This document shows, in pieces, positions 29,201 to 44,200 of a stretch of DNA of 64,000 nucleotides. Below the pieces are notes generated by a model that was given only the letters and a program-made list of their open reading frames with translations, was not told the origin of the DNA and did not search any database. Location of the stretch: contig NC_092670.1 in NCBI RefSeq assembly GCF_964355755.1, positions 6,500,201 through 6,564,200 on the forward strand, given 5' to 3'. The position numbers and the translations under genes are program-made. How positions within the stretch are numbered: position 1 is the first letter of the stretch; each line of letters begins with the position of its first letter. This DNA comes from Antedon mediterranea (Eukaryota; Animalia; Echinodermata).

Positions 29201-32200
29201 CTCTAGTTCCATACTACATTTATTGTACTAGAGGGTGCTCATGCTTTAGTAAGTTGAGACGATGATTATTGAAATTCTTTGCAATGATAAACATTTATAA
29301 TAGGCATACACAATAAAGAATCTTTATTGATCAGATAGAAAATGTGTTTAAATTCGCAAAATTACGAGACGCTCGACTAACTGTATAATTAGTATTGAAG
29401 TGCTTTGTAACGATGTCCATTTTTTTATAAACTAGAGGCGCGCCCTCTATGAAGTTACTTCATTTACATTTACTTCTGTCATCCACAGATACTGTATGTG
29501 ATTTCCTAGTTTACTGGCAGCCATTTTGGATTTTTCCCACTATCTTTGCAACGAGTGACCTATATTATTATTATGTACCATGTCTAAAATATGTTTCAAT
29601 GGCCATGATTAGGCCTACTCCATGTTTTCCAACTTCGTTTGATTCCTATATGCGATTTCTGCAACCAGAATGATATTCCAGTTTAGACTACTGGCAGCCA
29701 TGTTGGATTTTGGCCACTATCTTAACAACGAATGACCCATGTCATTCAACATGTCTAAAATATGTTTCAATGACCATAAATACTTATGTTTTGATAGTTC
29801 ATTTGCCTATATGCGACTTCTGCAACAAATGAAATGTGATTTTCCAATTTATTGGCGGCCATTTTGGATTTTGCCCGCCATCTTGAAAAATAAATTACGA
29901 CCAGAGTGGCTCCTAGGCAAAAATCAATTGGTAAGTCCCAACGAAGCTCCATGCCAAATTTGGCGCTTTTGTCCACCGTGTAACGATTTCCTCATTTTTT
30001 GTTGTTAAGCCACCTGACTATAACCAATACATTATTTAGTTTAAATCTGGTAAAACGACCAAACACGACACATGACATGGGCCAACGCGCACCCCGGATC
30101 TAACGGCGGTACACCTGTATTCGTTATTTTTTGCAGTATGTTTTCATTTTGCATAAACTTCACGCGTGGCCTGTGAAAAAAGAACAATATGTATGTCATC
30201 GCCAATGGCAAACTTTGGAGGGGAGCAAAAACTCGGAAGTCGCAAAGTGATTATATCAACCCGGAACTCAGTTACCGCGGACGGTTGAAAATCTACCGAT
30301 GAAATCAGACGTTTTCTTTTAAAACCCTTTATAATATCTTCCTAAGAGAGAACAATATCGTAATAGTAAACATTAATGTTATCAACTGTACGTTTCGCGG
30401 TACATCTGAGATAGATAAGAACAAGGTCAGACTGTATGGAGTAAATTTAGTAAAGGTACTGTGAACTCATAGAGCCTTTATATTAATAACGGGTTACGGT
30501 AAGCTACTGAAGTTACCTAGTTAGGCCCTATAGCAAAAGCATGATCTTTGTTACGAATAACGTTCCCTCATTTTATGAATATTGCAGAATTCATGACACT
30601 TATAATGGTCTAATTGAAACCATAGTTGATATACTTCCACAATCCAACTTGCATCAGCGTTTGTGCAAATTGATATTTTACTGTAGGATATTTAGGTTGT
30701 TTTTGTGAAAGGTGCTATTGTTAATTTCCTGGTGAATTTTTTTCTTTTTCTGTTTTGTTTGTTTTGTATAAAGAATATACTATCCGAAATAAAGGAAATG
30801 AATCGATGAATTGTGTTCAACTTTCTAACTATTATGGTCAACATGATCCAACCATTTAAGCTTATAGTCGAACAACACTCCTAGATACTTATTATTAACA
30901 ATCTCTACTTCCTTTCCTTTAACGTATACCGGAACCACAGTCAGCAGACCTATTATTTTTTCGAAAATCAATCCGCATTTCTTTTTATGTAATCGGTAAA
31001 TCGAATAATCTCAGAAAAGTATAGAGAAGAATTGTTAATAATAAGTCTAACCATAGCTGAGTCGTCCGCAGGTGTTATCATTGGAAAACTCGAGGATATT
31101 GACCTAATATCTGACGTGTACTGAGTAAACAAAAAAGGTTCCAATACGGTACCTTGTAAGTTATGTGAATTAAGGTCACTACAGATTGTCTGTGATGTGT
31201 TATTAATAGTGATCTCTGGCCGAACCAGAGTATTAAGTGTATCGTAACTGTTTCTCATGTATATTTTTAGGTAAGTTTATTAAATAATGATTTCCTAATT
31301 TTATTTAATTTAGGCGTGGATGGTTTAGCTATTGATGGAATTGGAAATAAACTTTATTGGACAAGTACTTCAGAAGACAGAATTGAAGTAATAAATTTGG
31401 ATGGAACGGACAGAACAGTTCTTTTTGACATGAAATTGGCTGAGCCACGTGCAATTAAAATAGACAAAGTAAACGAGTATGTAATGGAACTAATAAAAAC
31501 TGGTTCGTTTTGTATCTTGTTTAACTCAACTTGGAGATAAACTGTTTCAATAAAAATTCCACTACGTTCTGAATGTCATAACATAACCATTGTTGTAGAT
31601 GCATCAACACGGCTCATTTACTATTGAAGAATGTTAATGGGTTTCTCTGAATGTCATTAGTGATAAAACATTGACATCTTTCAGTATAAAATAAAATAAA
31701 ATAAAACAACAACAATAGTAGTAAGTAAGTAACAAATAGTATAGATCAACTTAGATCTTCATAAAGTAATTAGTAATTTAATTTGTTAATTATATAAAAA
31801 GATACTTGTATTGGACTGGAAATGAGATGATAGAGCGTGCGAAGCTAAATGACTTGAATGCCACTAGAACCGCCTTGGTGACAGGACTTACACATCCAAA
31901 CGGACTTGTTTTATCAGTTCCAGGTAAGTTATGAGAAACTATACATAATTATTGCATTGAGTCCAAGTGAAAAATTAATTTAAAATATGTTTTCAAGAAC
32001 AATTAATTTAGTAATGGTAATAATAGCAATAGACGATGGTTTAAACTATTTGTTTAAAGATTTTATTTGTGTAAACAGTTTAGTTTAGTTTGAGTAACAG
32101 ACAAACAGAGAGACAAATAGATAGATAGATATTTTGTATAATTATATGCTTGTTGAAAAAAAATACCGAGATACAAACTATTTTGTACAACATGCCACCG

Positions 32201-35200
32201 TTCTATTATTTTCAAGATGGAAAGATGTATTGGTTTTACGGAGGAACAGATAAAATTGAAGAAGCTAATCTTGATGGAACCAGCCGAACAACAATATTAG
32301 ATGTAACTGAACAACACCCGTTTGCTTTCGACATTTATAAAAACTATCTATACTGGTCAGATTGGACTGGAGGTGTGTATAAAGTTAATATAAGGACTGG
32401 AATATCATCAATTCAAAGTAACGATGGCCGACTTAATCTTCCAGAAGGTTTATACATTTTCACTGGTAATACTTGTATTTGATAAATATTTTAAAATAAC
32501 TATTTCCCACTGCAAGTTCCAATATAATAGCATAAAGAGTATATTAAACCGAGTTAAAATATTCTATATTTTGTTCTAAACATTACTCTTTGGACTAAAA
32601 ATACGTTATGAAAATATTTGCTTTGATATTAGGATTGACACCAAGTAATATAAAACTGATATTCTGACTTCAACACTTGCTATAGTTTATGTAGACTACC
32701 TACAGCCACAGATTCTGGTATGAGTATGGGGAGAATGTATAGCCATACTAACCGCATGTGATTTATGTTGATGTTCCGGTTCATAACTTTTGCATCTAAA
32801 CCATATAAAAACAATTGCTATTATTCATTAAAAACGATAAAGGTTAATGGTTAATACTGAATTCAAGCATCTTATTATGTAAATATACCTGTATTTTAAC
32901 TACTTTAAACACCTACTTTTAATTGTCACAAATGTACTTATACTGTATGTATATAATATACCGGTATTCACCAATGAGAATTTAAATAAACGTGAGATGA
33001 ACTCACACAAGACAAAAAAAACCCGATAAAGATGAGGAGATCTGTAAGAATGAGAAAAAGTTGCCACAATCGAGATTCTGAACCTTCTGCGTGATATGCA
33101 GATGTCCTAACCATTATACCATTAGGCTGTCATGGTATTGTTCAAACTCTTTAACACTCTCGGCGGGGTATGGCGGAACTGAATAGTCTATCAAATATAC
33201 GCACGCGCACCAGAGATCAAATTAATACGCCCTCATCTTTTCAGTATTTTTATTCACGAATCGGGATCTCTAAACAGAGGAGGAGGGACTGAGAGATTGG
33301 AATGTTCCATCCATGGACATCCATTAGACAGTATATACCACGATCGGAAAAATACCCTATTTGGTTGGGGCAAATCGTTGAACCTAAATTTGTTTTATTT
33401 GTCAATAACTAATTATCCAACGCGATTTAATTAGTAAACAGGGTTACAACAGGTAGTTAAAATCAGTACCGAAAATACAAACCAACTTTTTATACCATCG
33501 AGTAAAAATTCTAAAAGTAAAGCCTGATTTACCGAATTTTGGCCTTACGTAAATTTAAATATAGATTTATAAAACAACAGGTACAGAACAGAATTCTAAA
33601 CCGCCCAGTGATATACTGAAATTTAATTAATTAATTTTAAAACGATGAAGATGAGAAAATCTATTAGAATGAGAAAAAGTCGCCCCAACTGAGATGTCTT
33701 TGTTACACTCACACACACAAGGCCTCATGCACTTGAAACAAGCCTCTACAATACATTCGAGGGCTCTCAAACTCTCAATCATTCCTTAAAACAATATTGA
33801 CATTTCTAACAGAGTATATTATTAGGATGAAAGGACGTTCCAACCAAGTTTAATGCTGTCAAGAGAAATTTTATTAGTTTTTATTTCTTATGTTCAGTAT
33901 CATAACAATATTGTGATTTCTTTTCTATAGATAATGTATTGACTATTGACTGCCCGACAAACGTCACTTCAGAAAATTATATCGGAGAAGAATTTGGTTT
34001 AATACAAATTACCACAGATGAAGGGAGTCCAACTGCCACAGTCACGTGGGATCCTCCTGTGACAAGTGACAATGGAACAGTGACTGTAGTGTCATCACCA
34101 TATGAGTCAGGTGACATGATACCAATCGGTACTCACGCAATCACCTTTACAGCAATTGGTTCTGCTGGCAATATTGAAACTTGTGACTTTTATATCAAGG
34201 TTGAAGGTAAATATCTGAAAAATTTGTTCAATAATTTATATATTGTATCCTTAAGTGAAAAACACATCAATATGAATAATCTTGCAAACTAAAAACTATA
34301 TACAGTTTAATATATCAAACCATATTTTAATTACATAATGTATGTGGATAATCTCAGTTGTATCTTGTGACCTTACCAACAACTGTCAACTAATTGATTA
34401 ACTGTCAAATATCACCTGCTGACACAATTAAATCTCTTCGCTAATGAGCATTACAATTATGCAAAGCAATTTGGCTTTTGGCGTTTTAAATCCCATCCTA
34501 AGATTAGCGGTCTGTTTATGCTATTTGTGAAAATCATGGTATAATGGGGTTACTCCAATGTAAACATTAATGAGAACACGACCTAAAATATCTAATAGAC
34601 TTCCATTATCTGCCTTTGCTTGTCCAAGTACCTTTTCTATACTTCTTGATTTCATAAACTTGTTATTTTTGCGAAACTTTTAGAAATTAATGAAATATGA
34701 GCACCACTATCAATTAATTCACTGACTTTGTGACCTTCTACATGTACAATAATTTGAGAATTAAAACGTTCTGGAAGACTACTAGAAACATTATCAGAAA
34801 AACTATCAGTAACATCGTCTACTATAAACATCCGTGAGGATTTCAAAAGCGATATTAGTCCCTTCAGAAGCTGAAAATCTAATAATAAAAATTATTCTTG
34901 TTGTATTAATAAATAGATAATGAGGATCCAGTCTTGGTCTGTTCATCTAATATTACAACTACTACAGCAGATGGATCAGATCAAGCAGTCAATGTGAACT
35001 GGACTGACCCAATAGTAAATGACAATTCTGGTGAAGGTATAACACCAACGTCCAAGTACAATTCTGGAAACAATCTATTTAATATTGGCAGCACTGATGT
35101 TATATATGACGCAATTGATAGTTCAGGCAATGCAGCAACATGCACCTTTACAATTACAGTTACTGGTAAGAACATTGTCTCTTCTTTCCCGTTTCTCCTT

Positions 35201-38200
35201 CCTGCTGAAGTATCTTATACTTAATAATATGTTAATTATTGTATAATGCATTTGAACCATGAAGTTCTTCAATCACTGAGTATCATTTATACTATAGATA
35301 ACATTAATTATAATTATTATCTTCATGGTTTAGATTCAGAAAATCCGGATATTATAGATTGTCCAATTGGTATGATTGTTAACACAACAACTGGTGAGGC
35401 TTTTGCAATCAATGTCACATGGATGGAACCGACAGCTACTGATAACTCTGGAGATACTTCTGTACCAGTAGCAGACTACACTTCTGGTGATAATATGTTT
35501 TTAATTGGCATCACAACAGTTCAGTACAATGTCTCAGATTCAGCTGGTAACTTTGATGATAGCTGCAGTTTTGTTATCACTGTTGAAGGTAAGACTGTTT
35601 CATAGAGGAGGAAATGAAATTTGAGTTATAGTTTTTTTAATGTGTTTTTATCAAATTCAATTTTTTTTTGTTTCTGTTAATTTTGTGTAGATAATGAAAG
35701 TCCATTGATTGACTGCCCGACAAATGTCACTTCAAACAATTACATCGGAGAAAGGTATGGACTAAATGTCAGCACAGATATAGGAAGTCCAAATGCTACT
35801 GTCACCTGGAATCCTCCTGAGACAAGTGACAATAGTGGTGGACTTGTTACTGTAATGTCGTCATCTTTTGAGTCTGGTAACATGATACCATATGGTACTA
35901 ACACAATCACTTTTACAGCAACTGATCCTTATGGCAATATTGACACCTGTGACTTTGGCCTCAATGTTGAAGGTAAAATATAAACCTCTTTGTAATTTTG
36001 ATAATTTACAAAATACAGGAATTATAATAGTTTTAAACAACGTTATGAGCATATTATAAGATTTACCTTCAACACACAACACAAAAAAGAATATATTTTT
36101 TATTGCATAAGTAAATCCAAGTAATTACTAACTGATGATTAATTCTTTGGCTTTTATACAAATTTTAAATCTTTACTGATGAACCCATAGTCATTTTCAT
36201 CAATAATTGTTCACTAAATTTGAAGCGCACTATAATTGTAATAACTACCATTATTATTACTTTGCATATATGTAACGGCTTGTTTATTATCTGTTTATAT
36301 GGTAAGTTTGAGAAAATAAATATATACTGTATCAAAATGTTATTTCGCAACCAGGAATCGACTATTACGTGGAAGATAGGAGATTTTTGTTCCATTCTAC
36401 CATTAAAAATGTGTAATATGATTATAACATTAGTCATTATTGTTTCTTCCTTTTGTATTTTTAGATAATGAGGATCCAGTCTTAGTTTGTCCACCTGATA
36501 TTACAACTACTACTGCAGATGGTTCAAATCAAGCACTCAATGTCAGCTGGACTGATCCAATAGTAATTGACAATTCTGATGAAGATATAACACCATGGTT
36601 CAATCACATTCCTGGGAATAATGAATTCGATATTGGTAGAACTGATGTTATATATGATGCAGTTGACAGTTCAGGCAATGCAGGAACATGTACCTTTACA
36701 GTTACTGTTAATGGTAAGCACAGATGGCTTTCTATCTTTCCTCTGACGTATTTAAATTAATTAATATAGAAATATTTGCATAAAAGCATTATTACCTTAA
36801 TCTTCTTTCCTGAGTATTTTTTAGTATTATTTATTATAAGTTATAATTACCTCATGTTTTAGATCCAGAAGCTCCAGATATTATAGATTGTCCAATGGAT
36901 ATGATTGTTAACACAACAACTGGTGAGGTATTTGCCATCAATGTTACATGGATGGAACCGACAGCTATTGATAACTCTGGAGAGGCTCCGGTACCAGTAG
37001 CAGACTCCACTTCTGGTGATAATATGTTTTTAATTGGCATCACAAATGTCCAGTACAATGTCTCAGATTCAGCTGGTAACTTTGATGATAGCTGCAGTTT
37101 TGTTATCACTGTTGAAGGTAAGACTGTTTCATATAGGAGGAAATTAAATTTGAGTTATAGTTTTTTTAATGTGGTTTTGTCAAATTCAAATTTTTTTTGT
37201 TTCTGTTATTTTTGTGTAGATAATGAAAGTCCATTGATTGACTGCCCGACAAATGTCACTTCAAACAATTACATCGGAGAAGGGTATGGACTAGTAAATG
37301 TCAGCACAGATATAGGAAGTCCAAATGCCACTGTCACATGGAATCCTCCTGAGACAAGTGACAATACTGGTGGACTTGTTACTGTAATGTCGTCATCTTT
37401 TCAGTCTGGTGACATGATACCATATGGTACTCACACAATCACTTTTACAGCAACTGATCTTTATGGCAATATTGACACCTGTGAATTTGGTATCAATGTT
37501 GAAGGTAAATTAATAAAAAGCTCGCTTGAAATTGTATAATTTAGAAAAAACAAGAATTAATTTAAAATACAACTTATATGAACAACATCCAATCAGTGAT
37601 GATTCCTTGGCCTTACAATCATCATTTTCATTAATAATTCTTCACCAATTTCAAAGAAGACTATAATTGTAATATGTATCATTAATTATTTAGTTTGTTT
37701 ATACTTTTCATATAGTAATTATTATGATAATAATGTAATGACTTGTTTACTTTTAGTTTATACGGTAAGTTTGAGAAAATGTATGTCAAAATATGTTTTT
37801 CGCAACCAGAAATCAACTATTTTAGGTGGAAAGAAGGACATTTTTTGTTCCATTCTATAATTAAAAATATGTAATAATATTATTTTAGTATTAGTAATTA
37901 TTAATGTTTTATGTTGTATTATTAAATAGATAATGAGGATCCAGTCTTGATCTGTTCACCTAATATTACAACTACTACTGCAGAAGGTTTAGATCAAGCA
38001 GTCAATGTTAACTGGACTTATCCAATAGTATTTGACAATTCTGGTGAAGATATAACACCAACGTCCAAGTACAATCCTGGAAATAATGAATTTGATATTG
38101 GTAGAACTGGTGTTATATATGATGCAGTTGACAGTTCAGGCAATGCAGGAACATGTACCTTTACAGTTATTGTTACTGGTAAGCACAGATGGCTTTCATT

Positions 38201-41200
38201 CTTTCCTCTGACGTATTTAAATTAAATAATATAGAAATGTTTGCATAAAAGAATTATTACCTTGATCTTCTTTCCTGAGTATTTTTTACTATTATTTATT
38301 ATAAGTTATAATTACCTCATGTTTTAGATCCAGAAGCTCCAGATATTATAGATTGTCCAATGGATATGATGGTTAACACAACAACTGGTGAAGCATTTGC
38401 CATCAATGTTACATGGATGGAACCGACAGCTATGGATAACTCTGGAGAGACTCCTGTACCAGTAGCAGACTACACTTCTGGTGATAATATGTTTTCAGTT
38501 GGCAACACAACAGTTCAGTACAATGTTTCAGATTCAGCTGGTAACTTTAATGATAGCTGCAGTTTTGTTATCACTGTTGAAGGTAAGACTGTTTCATAGA
38601 GAAGGAAATGAAATTTGAGTTATAGTTTTTTTAATGTGGTTTTGTCAAATTAAATTTTTTTTGGTTTCTGTTATTTTTGTGTAGATAATGAAAGTCCATT
38701 GATTGACTGCCCAACAAATGTCACTTCAAACAATTACATCGGAGAAGGGTATGAACTAGTAAATGTCAGCACAGATATAGGAAGTCCAAATGCCACTGTC
38801 ACCTGGAATCCTCCTGAGACAAGTGACAATACTGGTGGACTTGTTACTGTAATGTCGTCATCTTTTGAGTCTGGTGACATGATACCATATGGTACTCACA
38901 CAATCACTTTTACAGCAACTGATCCTTTTGGCAATATTGACACCTGTGACTTTGGTATCAATGTTGAAGGTAACATATAAACCTCTTTGTAATTTTGACA
39001 ATTATTTACAAAATACAGGAATTATAATTTTTATAAACAACATTATGAACATATTATAATATTTACCTTCAACACACAACAAAAACGAGAATATATTTTA
39101 TATTGCATAGGCAAATCCAAGTAATTAATTACTGATGATTAATTCTTTGGCCTTTGTACAAATTTTAAATCTTTACTGATGAACCAATAGTCATTTTCAT
39201 CAATAATTGTTCACCAATTTTGAAGCGCACTATAATTGTAATAATTACCATTATTATTACTTTGCATATATGTAACGGCTTGTTTATTATCTGTTTATAT
39301 GGTAAGTTTGAGAAAATAAATATATACCGTATCAAAATGTTATTTCGCAACCAGGAATCGACTAATACGTGGCAGATAGGACATTTTTGTTCCATTCTAC
39401 CATTAAAAATGTGTAATATGATTATAACATTAGTCATTATTGTTTCTTCCTTTTGTATTATTAGATAATGAGGATCCAGTCTTGGTTTGTCCACCTGATA
39501 TTACAAATACGACTGCAGATGGTTCAAATCAAGCACTCAATGTCAGCTGGACTGATCCAATAGTAATTGACAATTCTGATGAAGATATAACATCAAGGTC
39601 TAATCACATTCCTGAAAATAATGAATTCGATATAGGTAGAACTGATGTTATATATGACGCAGTTGACAGTTCAGGCAATGCAGGAACATGTACCTTTAAA
39701 GTTACTGTTACTGGTAAGCACAGATGGCTTTCATTCTTTCCTCTGATGTATTTAAATTAATTAATATAGAAATGTTAGCATAAATGCATTATTACCTTGA
39801 TCTTCTTTTCTGAGTAATTTTTACTATTATTTTTTATAAGTTATAATTACCTCATGTTTTAGATCCAGAAGCACCAGATATTATAGATTGTCCAATGGAT
39901 ATGATGGTTAACACAACAACTGGTGAGGCATTTGCCATCAATGTTACATGGATGGAACCGACAGCTACTGATAACTCTGGAGAGACTCCTGTACCAGTAG
40001 CAGACTACACTTCTGGTGATAATATGTTTTTAATTGGCAATACAACAGTTCAGTACAATGTCTCAGATTCAGCTGGTAACTTTGATGATAGCTGCAGTTT
40101 TGTTATCACTGTTGAAGGTAAGAGTGTTTCATGAAATGAAATTTGAGTTATAGTTTTTTTAATGTGGTTTTGTCAAAGTCAAATTTTTTTTTGTTTCTGT
40201 TATTTTTGTGTAGATAATGAAAGTCCATTGATTGACTGCCCGACAAATGTCACTTCAAACAATTACATCGGAGAAGGGTATGGACTAGTAAATGTCAGCA
40301 CAGATATAGGAAGTCCAAATGCCACTGTCACCTGGAATCCTCCTGAGACTAGTGAAAATACTGGTGGACTTGTTACTGTAATGTCGTCATCTTTTGAGTC
40401 TGGTGACATGATACCATATGGTACTCACACAATCACTTTTACAGCAACTGATCCTTATGGCAATATTGACACCTGTGACTTTGGCCTCAATGTTGAAGGT
40501 AAAATATAAACCTCTTTGTAATTTTGATAATTATTTACAAAGTACAGGAATTATATTTTTTATAAACAACATTATGAACATACTATAATATTTACCTTCA
40601 ACACACAACACAAAGAGAATATATTTTATATTTCATTTTTACCTTACCTTGATTTACCTTGACCTTTAGACTATAAACCTGTTAAGGTTTGTGAGTCCCT
40701 CTTTGAACATCTTGGTTATATGGCTCAAACTTTAGGTTGTGGGTTTTCCAGTGTGTTTCAAGATGGGTTTTAAAATTATTTATAGAGGATGCATTTACTA
40801 TATGATATGGCAAACTATTCCAATCATTTACTGCAGATATTGAAAAGAATTTCTGTCTGTGTTTCGATTTACTATGAACTTTTTTAATTTTAAAATTGTG
40901 GCCTCTAGTTACAGTAGATGGTGCTAATTCAAAAAAGACACCCGGATTAACATTATCATACTTTTGTATCATTCTAAAAATCTGTAAGCAGCAAGACCTC
41001 TTTCTTCGAAATGCTAATGATGGCAGTTTCATAAATTTCATTCGGTCACTATATGGTTGAGTTTTAATTTCCACAGCAAGTTTTGTGGCTCTTTGCTGAA
41101 CCTTTTCTAAGAGAATAGAATCACCAACAAACTGAGGAAGACAAGCCGTACTAGAATATTCTAAAATCGGTCTAACCATTGATTTATAAAGGATAGACAC

Positions 41201-44200
41201 TGAATGACTGTCTAAATATTCAAAGGTTCTCTTAATTAAACCAAGTCTAGAGTTAGCCTTTTTAACTACTTCAACGATATGATCATGAAAATTCAATTTA
41301 TTATCAACTAAAACACCAAGATCTCTCATCTGAGTTACAACTCCTAACTGAATTCTATCTGAACCTGTTCCCATAAAGTATGTTGTGTTCAAGGATTTTT
41401 TACCGAGATGCATAACCTTACATTTATTAATATTAAAGGGCAACTGCCACTTTACTGACCATTTATACATCTTATCAATGTCCGCCTGAAAATCAAGAGC
41501 ATCTATGTCTGAATCAACAGCTTTGTATGTCTTTGAATCATCAGCAAACAAAAAAAGAGGTGACTTAACTAATTGAGGCAGATCGTTGATAAATATTGTA
41601 AAGCAGATTACACCATATACACTCCCTTGAGGAATACCACTCTGGACCGATATCCAATCCGAAACTTCGCCATTTACCACCACTCGCTGGACACGATTTG
41701 ACAAGTATATTTTAGTCCATTTCAACAGTTCACCACGAATACCATATGTATGCATTTTATGGAGAAGTCTTTCATGTGGAACAGAGTCAAAAGCTTTTTG
41801 AAAATCACAGTACAAGATATCGACAGAGTGTCCTTCATCTATCATTGAAGACCATTTCTCAGTGGCCTCAAGCAGTTGCGTGTTGCAGGATCTTCCCTTG
41901 CGAAACCCATGTTGTTCGTTACAAAATAGTTTATTATCTTCCATATGTTTCGATATTTCATTCTTGATGAATGTCTCCATGGTTTTACATAGTATTGACG
42001 TTAAACTCACTGGCCTATAGTTTAGAGGATTAGTTTTACAGCCTTTCTTATAGATTGGTGAAACATTAGCTTGCCTCCATTGTTCAGGAATAGTTCCCTC
42101 ATGTAAAAGCTTGGAAAATAAAGTGCTGAGAATTGGACTAATTTCATTTGCCGTTTCTTTTAAAAGTCGAGAGTGCACACCATCTGGTCCTGGAGACTTA
42201 CAAATGTCTAATGCTAATAGGTGCTTTCGAATTTCATTCTCCGGAAATGCAACAGTATACAAAGGTTCGACTTCATGATCAAGGTTAAGTTTAAGCACGG
42301 GAATGTCAGAAATATTTTCTTTAGTAAAAACTGTTGCAAATGCTTGGTTTAAGAGTGCAGCTTTTTGTCTATCATCTACAATCAGTTCTCCTCTCTCGTC
42401 TTTTAATGCAGAAATGCCCGTCTTTTTGCCAGTTTTCTCCTTATAATATTTCCAGAAACTCTTAGGATTCACTTTTATCTCGGATGCCAACTTGCATTCA
42501 AAACTTTTCTTCGCTTTTTTTATTGCCTTATTTGTCTCATTTCTAACTTTAATATAAGCATTCCATCTTTCCGGTGTTCTTCTACTCTGATATCTATTCC
42601 ATGCTTTATGTTTCTGTTTAACTATAGACACTGTTTCGACGTTCATCCACTGCTTCTTATACCTTTTAGTTTTAGACCTTAAAGGAACATACTGTAAAAT
42701 ACAGAAATCTAACAGGGAATAGAGAGAATTAGCAATAGAAACACCATCAAGTTCATACATATCAATATTTAGTTTCGATTCTTTTATTTTAGTTCTAATA
42801 GCTTCGTAGTTGGCTTTGTAGTAATTTCTTGTAGGAGTGACATTTTCTTTTTCTATAAAACTTAAAGCAAGATTAAAGGTTAAAACAACATGGTCACTCT
42901 TTCCCAATGGTGCACTACTAATAAGATCACAGACATCAAACTCTTCCCTTGAAAGTACTAAATCTAGTATATTAGATTCTTCTCCAGTACGATGTCTTGT
43001 CGGACAGTCTACATGTTGATGCCACATTAAATCATCGATTAAATCGGTAAATTTGTAGTTCACATTATGTGATAACCCTTTGCTACTCCAGTTTATCCCT
43101 TTAAAATTAAAATCGCTAGCAACAATCATATGATCAGCCCTGTACTTGTCTGCTGCAACCAAAATATCTTTTAAATCCATATCCATAAATCATAAGTAAA
43201 TCCAAGTAATTACTAACTGATTATTAATTCTTTGTCCTTTGTACAAATTTGAAATCTTTACTGATGAAACCATAGTAATTTTCATCAATAATTCTTCACC
43301 AATTTGGAAGCGCACTATAATGGTAATAATTACGATTATTATTACTTTGCATTTATGCAACGGCTTGTTTATTATCTCTTTATGTGGTAAGTTTGAGAAA
43401 ATAAATATATACTGTATCAAAATGTTATTTCGCAACCAGGAATCGACTATTACGTGGCATATAGGACATTTTTGTTTCATTCTACCATTAAAAATGTGTA
43501 ATATGATTATAGCATTAATCATGCTTGTTTCTTCCTTTTGTATTATTAGATAATGAGGATCCAGTCTTGGTTTGTCCGCTTAATATTACAACTACTACAG
43601 CAGATGGATCAGATCAAGCAGTTAATGTCAGCTGGACTGATCCAATAGTAATTGACAATTCCGATGAAGATATAACACCAAGGTCTAATCACATTCCTGG
43701 AAATAATGAATTCGATATTGATAGAACTGATGTTATATATGATGCAGTTGACAGTTCAGGCAATACAGGAACATGTACCTTTACAGTTACTGTTACTGGT
43801 AAGCACAGATGACTTTCATTCTTTCCTCTGACGTATTTAAATTAATTAATATAGAAATGTTTGCATAAAAGCATTATTACCTTGATCTTCTTTCCTGAGT
43901 ATGTTTTATTATTTTTATTATAAGTTATAATTACCTCATGTTTTAGATCCAGAAGCACCAGATATTATAGATTGTCCAATGGATATGATTGTTAACACAA
44001 CAACTGGTGAGGTATTTGCCATCAATGTTACATGGATGGAACCGACAGCTACTGATAACTCTGGAGAGGCTCAGGTACCAGTAGCAGACTACACTTCTGG
44101 TGATAATGTGCTTTTAATTGGTGACACCACAGTCCAGTACAATGTCTCAGATTCAGCTGGTAACTTTGATGATAGCTGCAGTTTTGTTATCACTGTTGAA

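Noticed and set aside
32686-32717. Possible micro-exon ([11 protein letters not shown]) after the propeller
   Set aside because: Its donor would be phase 0, incompatible with the phase-1 acceptor at 33931; no other support.
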